From the NCBI GenBank assembly GCA_039591655.1, contig JBDHDE010000057.1:1-15654 (forward strand): a stretch of DNA of 15,654 nt. Reading direction: 5' to 3'. This stretch comes from Gemmatimonadota bacterium (GTDB lineage: Bacteria; Gemmatimonadota; Gemmatimonadetes; Gemmatimonadales; GWC2-71-9). The notes beneath the pieces were generated by a model that saw only the letters and a program-made list of their open reading frames with translations, was not told where the DNA came from and made no database searches. Made by a program: the position numbers and the translations under genes. The number at the start of each line of letters is the position of its first letter. Position 1 is the stretch's first letter. This document shows positions 12,828-15,654 of the stretch, one piece after another.

Positions 12828-13355
12828 TTACGCACTGGCACGCTGGGCGCGAAGCGCCTCAACCGCACCGGCAAACTGATACAGCAGGCTGGTGACCGCG
12901 CCGGCAAAGCCCTGCAGCGGCGCCTGCAACGCACCGCCCACCTGCGCCAGCAGCTCGTCCCTCGACGGCAGCGTGGCGAGGCGGCGGACTTCCTGTGCCG
13001 ACATCGTACGGCCGTCCACCAGCCCGGCCCTTACCGTCAGCAGCTCGTGCTCCTTCTGGAACTGCGATAGGATCTTCGCGGCCGCCAAGGCATCGGCTCC
13101 CGCGAAGACGAAGCCCGTGGGCCCCCGGATCAGGTCGTCGAGACCCGAGACCGAGGCCTGCTTGAGCGCCCGGAGCGCGAGCGTGTTCTTCACCACCACA
13201 TATTCGACGCCGGCGTCCCGCAGCTTCCGCCGGAGCTCCGTCATGGGCTTCACCGCGATACCGGAGAAGTCGGTCAGGTACAGGCTCTCGGACCGCTCCA
13301 GCCGGGTGGCGAGCTCCTTAACCGCGGCGTTCTTCTTCTCATGCGTCATCTTCAT
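12828..13355 (-). CDS. rplJ: 50S ribosomal protein L10 (175 aa; alternative ATG at 13349)
   Basis: Contains LRRKLR, VVKNTL, GPT and [11 protein letters not shown]. It lies between rplA and rplL, with an ATGA overlap on the rplA stop. Confidence 0.97.
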   Translation of the reverse strand: MKMTHEKKNAAVKELATRLERSESLYLTDFSGIAVKPMTELRRKLRDAGVEYVVVKNTLALRALKQASVSGLDDLIRGPTGFVFAGADALAAAKILSQFQKEHELLTVRAGLVDGRTMSAQEVRRLATLPSRDELLAQVGGALQAPLQGFAGAVTSLLYQFAGAVEALRAQRASA

Positions 13356-14041
13356 CGGTACACCGCCGGGTCAACGTGAACGCCGGGGCCCATGGTGCTG
13401 GACACCGTGACCGACCGGATGTATGTGCCCTTGGCGGCCGACGGCTTGGCCCGCACCACCGCGTCCATGAACGCGGTCAAGTTCTCCGACAGCTGCTCGA
13501 CCGAGAAGGAGGCCTTGCCGATGGGCGCGTGCAGGTTTCCGGTCTTGTCGACCCGGAACTCGATCTTGCCCGCCTTGACCTCCTTGACGGCCCGGCTGAT
13601 GTCCATGGTGACGGTTCCCGATTTGGGGTTGGGCATGAGCCCGCGGGGCCCGAGAATCCGGCCCAAGGGGCCAACCTGTCCCATCATGTCGGGGGCAGCG
13701 ATCACCACGTCGCAGTCGAGCCAGCCCTCCTTGATCTTTGGGATGTACTCGGCGCCCACGAAGTCCGCGCCGGCCGACTCGGCCTCCTTCGCCTTGTCGC
13801 CCTGGGCGAGCACCAGCACCCGCACAGACTTGCCTGTTCCGTGGGGCAGAACCACCGTGCCCCGCACGATTTGATCCGCGTGCCGGGGATCCACACCCAG
13901 GTGGATCGAGAGATCCACGGACTCGTCGAACTTCGCAAACGCCGCCGACTTCACCGTCTCGACCGCCTCGAGTGGCACGTGGAGGCGCTGCCGATCGACG
14001 GTGGCAGCTGCCGCCTGGTACCTCTTGCCCGCGACCGCCAT
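13352..14041 (-). CDS. rplA: 50S ribosomal protein L1 (229 aa)
   Basis: Contains [29 protein letters not shown] and SSTMGPG. It has a TGATG 1-nt overlap with the rplK stop. Confidence 0.99.
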   Translation of the reverse strand: MAVAGKRYQAAAATVDRQRLHVPLEAVETVKSAAFAKFDESVDLSIHLGVDPRHADQIVRGTVVLPHGTGKSVRVLVLAQGDKAKEAESAGADFVGAEYIPKIKEGWLDCDVVIAAPDMMGQVGPLGRILGPRGLMPNPKSGTVTMDISRAVKEVKAGKIEFRVDKTGNLHAPIGKASFSVEQLSENLTAFMDAVVRAKPSAAKGTYIRSVTVSSTMGPGVHVDPAVYR

Positions 14042-14478
14042 CAGTCGTTCACCTCGATACCCATGGAACGCGCCGTACCCACGATGATGCGCATCGCCGC
14101 ATCCACATCGTTCGCATTGAGGTCCGGCATCTTGATCTCGGCGATCTTGCGGACCTGTTCCGAGGTGACCGTCCCGACCTTCTCACGGTTGGGCATGCCC
14201 GACGCCTTCTCCAGCCCCGCCTCCTTCTTGAGCAACACGGCCGCCGGAGGCGTCTTCGTGATGAAGGAGAAGCTCCGATCCGCATAGATCGTGAGCTCCA
14301 CCGGTATGATCATGCCCGGTTGGGACTGGGTCTGCATATTGAACTGCTTGCAGAAGCCCATGATGTTGACGCCGTGCGGACCCAGCGCCGTGCCTACGGG
14401 CGGGGCAGGTGTCGCCTGACCGGCCGGCACCTGCAGCTTGACGAACGCCGCAACCCTCTTGCCAGTTCTTCTAGCCAT
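14041..14478 (-). CDS. rplK: 50S ribosomal protein L11 (145 aa from the ATG at 14478; the ORF track uses the upstream ATG at 14490)
   Basis: Contains [32 protein letters not shown] and GTARSMG. The start at 14478 is preferred because GAGAGG precedes it and the length better fits L11. Confidence 0.97.
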   Translation of the reverse strand: MARRTGKRVAAFVKLQVPAGQATPAPPVGTALGPHGVNIMGFCKQFNMQTQSQPGMIIPVELTIYADRSFSFITKTPPAAVLLKKEAGLEKASGMPNREKVGTVTSEQVRKIAEIKMPDLNANDVDAAMRIIVGTARSMGIEVND

Positions 14479-14544
14479 CGTGCCTCTCATGTCGCGCTGA
14501 GATCCTCTCCCAGGCTCCCACGTGTCCCCGTGGTAGGGGTCCTA
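14479..14544 (-). promoter_or_regulatory. Candidate L1-binding translational operator upstream of rplK
   Basis: The sense strand reads TAGG-ACCCCTA-CCACG-GGGACA-CGTGG-GAG-CCTG. It contains the GUGGGAG and ACCAC strands typical of L1 mRNA operators, but in permuted order. Confidence 0.4.
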
Positions 14545-15084
14545 ATGAGCCTTCAGCTGGAGGTAGTCGAGCTCCACAGTGGTCGGGCGCCCGAACAGGC
14601 TCACGCTGACACGCACCTTACCTTTATCGGTCAGAACCTCCTCCACCGTCCCGCTGAAGTCAGAGAAGGGCCCCTCCATGATCTCCACGACCTGCCCGGC
14701 CATGAATGGGATCTCCTCCTTGGGCTCCTGCTCTTCGACCTCCTCCTCTATGCCGAGGAGTCGGTTCACCTCGTCCTGCCGGAGCGGCTGCGGCGTCCAG
14801 CCCTGACCCACGAACTTGATGACGCCTTGGATGCCGTTGACCAGGTGCATCGTTTCCTGATTCAGCACCATTTCCACCAGCACGTACCCCGGGAAGACCT
14901 TCCGCTCGACCTGGACCTTCTTCCCGTTCTTGATCTCCACGACCTGCTGCGTGGGGACCAACGCCTGGCGGATCAACCGCTGCTCCTCCGGCTTCGGATC
15001 AGCAATGATCTTCCGCTCGATCAGCGACCGCACTTTGTTCTCGTGCCCTGCGGTCGTCTGAATCGCGTACCACCGGTGTTCCAT
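14542..15084 (-). CDS. nusG: Transcription termination/antitermination factor NusG (180 aa; possible alternative GTG at 15099 overlapping the secE stop)
   Basis: Contains WYAIQT..GHENKV, FPGYVLVEM, GVIKFVG and the KOW domain GQVVEIMEGPFSDFSGTVEEV..SLFGR. The ORF-track extension to 15315 overlaps secE and is not credible. Confidence 0.97.
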   Translation of the reverse strand: MEHRWYAIQTTAGHENKVRSLIERKIIADPKPEEQRLIRQALVPTQQVVEIKNGKKVQVERKVFPGYVLVEMVLNQETMHLVNGIQGVIKFVGQGWTPQPLRQDEVNRLLGIEEEVEEQEPKEEIPFMAGQVVEIMEGPFSDFSGTVEEVLTDKGKVRVSVSLFGRPTTVELDYLQLKAH

Positions 15085-15095
15085 CGCCGTGCCGA

Positions 15096-15377
15096 TCACC
15101 CGAACACTCGACCGAAGAAATCGATCAAGATCTTCGAGGACACCCAATCCATCACGCCAATGACGATTCCGATGATGATCACGATCACCGTGATCACCAG
15201 CGTGGAGCGCCGCAGATCCTCCCACGAGGGCCAAGTGACCTTGCGAACCTCGGCCCGCACCTCCTGGATGAACGTCCGGGAGCGCTCGGTAAACGAGAAC
15301 ACCGGCTCGCGCCACACGGCGAGCGCGGCGACGGCCACCACCACAAGGGCTGCGCCCACGATCAGCGGCAGATCCAC
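15096..15377 (-). CDS. secE: Preprotein translocase subunit SecE (93 aa, apparently two TM segments)
   Basis: Has the signature FIQEVRAEVRKVTWPS followed by a hydrophobic helix, and lies immediately upstream of nusG. The GTG start is 3 nt after the rpmG stop; the start position is less certain than the identity. Confidence 0.92.
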   Translation of the reverse strand: MDLPLIVGAALVVVAVAALAVWREPVFSFTERSRTFIQEVRAEVRKVTWPSWEDLRRSTLVITVIVIIIGIVIGVMDWVSSKILIDFFGRVFG

Positions 15378-15380
15378 GGC

Positions 15381-15533
15381 CTACTTAGTCTCCTTGTGCG
15401 GCCTGTGCGCGCCACAGCGCGGACAGAACTTGCGCGTCTCCATCCGTTCCGGATGCTTCCGCTTGTTCTTCGTCGTGAAGTAGTTCCGACTCTTGCAGTC
15501 GGTACACTCCAATGTGACCTTATCGCGCGGCAT
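15381..15533 (-). CDS. rpmG: 50S ribosomal protein L33, Zn-binding (C+) form (50 aa)
   Basis: Translates as [50 protein letters not shown] with two CxxC motifs. The true start is the ATG at 15533; the ORF-track start at 15617 lies inside tuf. Confidence 0.97.
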   Translation of the reverse strand: MPRDKVTLECTDCKSRNYFTTKNKRKHPERMETRKFCPRCGAHRPHKETK

Positions 15534-15543
15534 AGCTCCGCCG

Positions 15544-15654
15544 TTACTCGATGATCTTGGTGACGACGCCGGCACCGACGGTGCGGCCGCCCTCGCGAAT
15601 CGCGAACCGCAGACCATCCTCCATCGCGATCGGCGTGATCAATTCGATCGTCAT
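15544..15654 (-). CDS. tuf: Elongation factor Tu, 3' fragment (enters from the window edge)
   Basis: Manual translation gives [36 protein letters not shown], the EF-Tu C-terminal signature, with TAA at 15546-15544. Confidence 0.98.
   Translation of the reverse strand: MTIELITPIAMEDGLRFAIREGGRTVGAGVVTKIIE

Noticed and set aside
14479..15383. In-frame TAG junctions (nusG to rplK with 21 open codons; rpmG to secE) suggesting read-through fusions or TAG recoding
   Set aside because: TAG ends rpsG, rplL, nusG and rpmG at their conserved C-termini and never occurs inside a gene. In-frame, stop-free short gaps are likely by chance at this GC content.
13738..15483. 581-aa antisense ORF crossing rplA, rplK, nusG, secE and rpmG
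   Set aside because: It is in register with both rplK and nusG, which share a frame, and this explains most of its length. The remainder is low-complexity Pro/Arg/Thr sequence with no domain signature.

Overview
This window is a high-GC bacterial core-genome block read entirely on the minus strand: 3' end of tuf - rpmG - secE - nusG - rplK - rplA - rplJ - rplL - rpoB - rpoC - rpsL - rpsG - fusA - 5' end of a second tuf. It is the secE-nusG/L11/L10/beta cluster fused to the str operon and bracketed by two same-orientation EF-Tu genes. RNA polymerase indels suggest Gemmatimonadota (FCB group); this is from recall, not a search. I found no mobile element, CRISPR array, RNA gene, defence locus or accessory gene, and no evidence of a wholly new multi-gene system. 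The long plus-strand ORFs are antisense shadows. The points worth following up are departures from the textbook cluster. (1) The rplA/rplJ and rpsL/rpsG gene overlaps leave no room for the usual L10 leader or E. coli-type S7 operator, while two long, highly structured spacers with competing pairings sit before fusA (201 nt) and before rpoB (181 nt). (2) There is a candidate permuted L1-binding site before rplK. (3) RpoB carries a 162-aa helical insertion flanked by a duplicated motif, and RpoC an 18-aa N-terminal insertion. (4) SecE appears to have two transmembrane helices and directly abuts rpmG with no tRNA-Trp between them. (5) A DNA-level 33-bp-period duplication in the L10 tail predicts three L12-dimer sites. 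All RNA structures were paired by eye, and chance pairings are common at this GC content.
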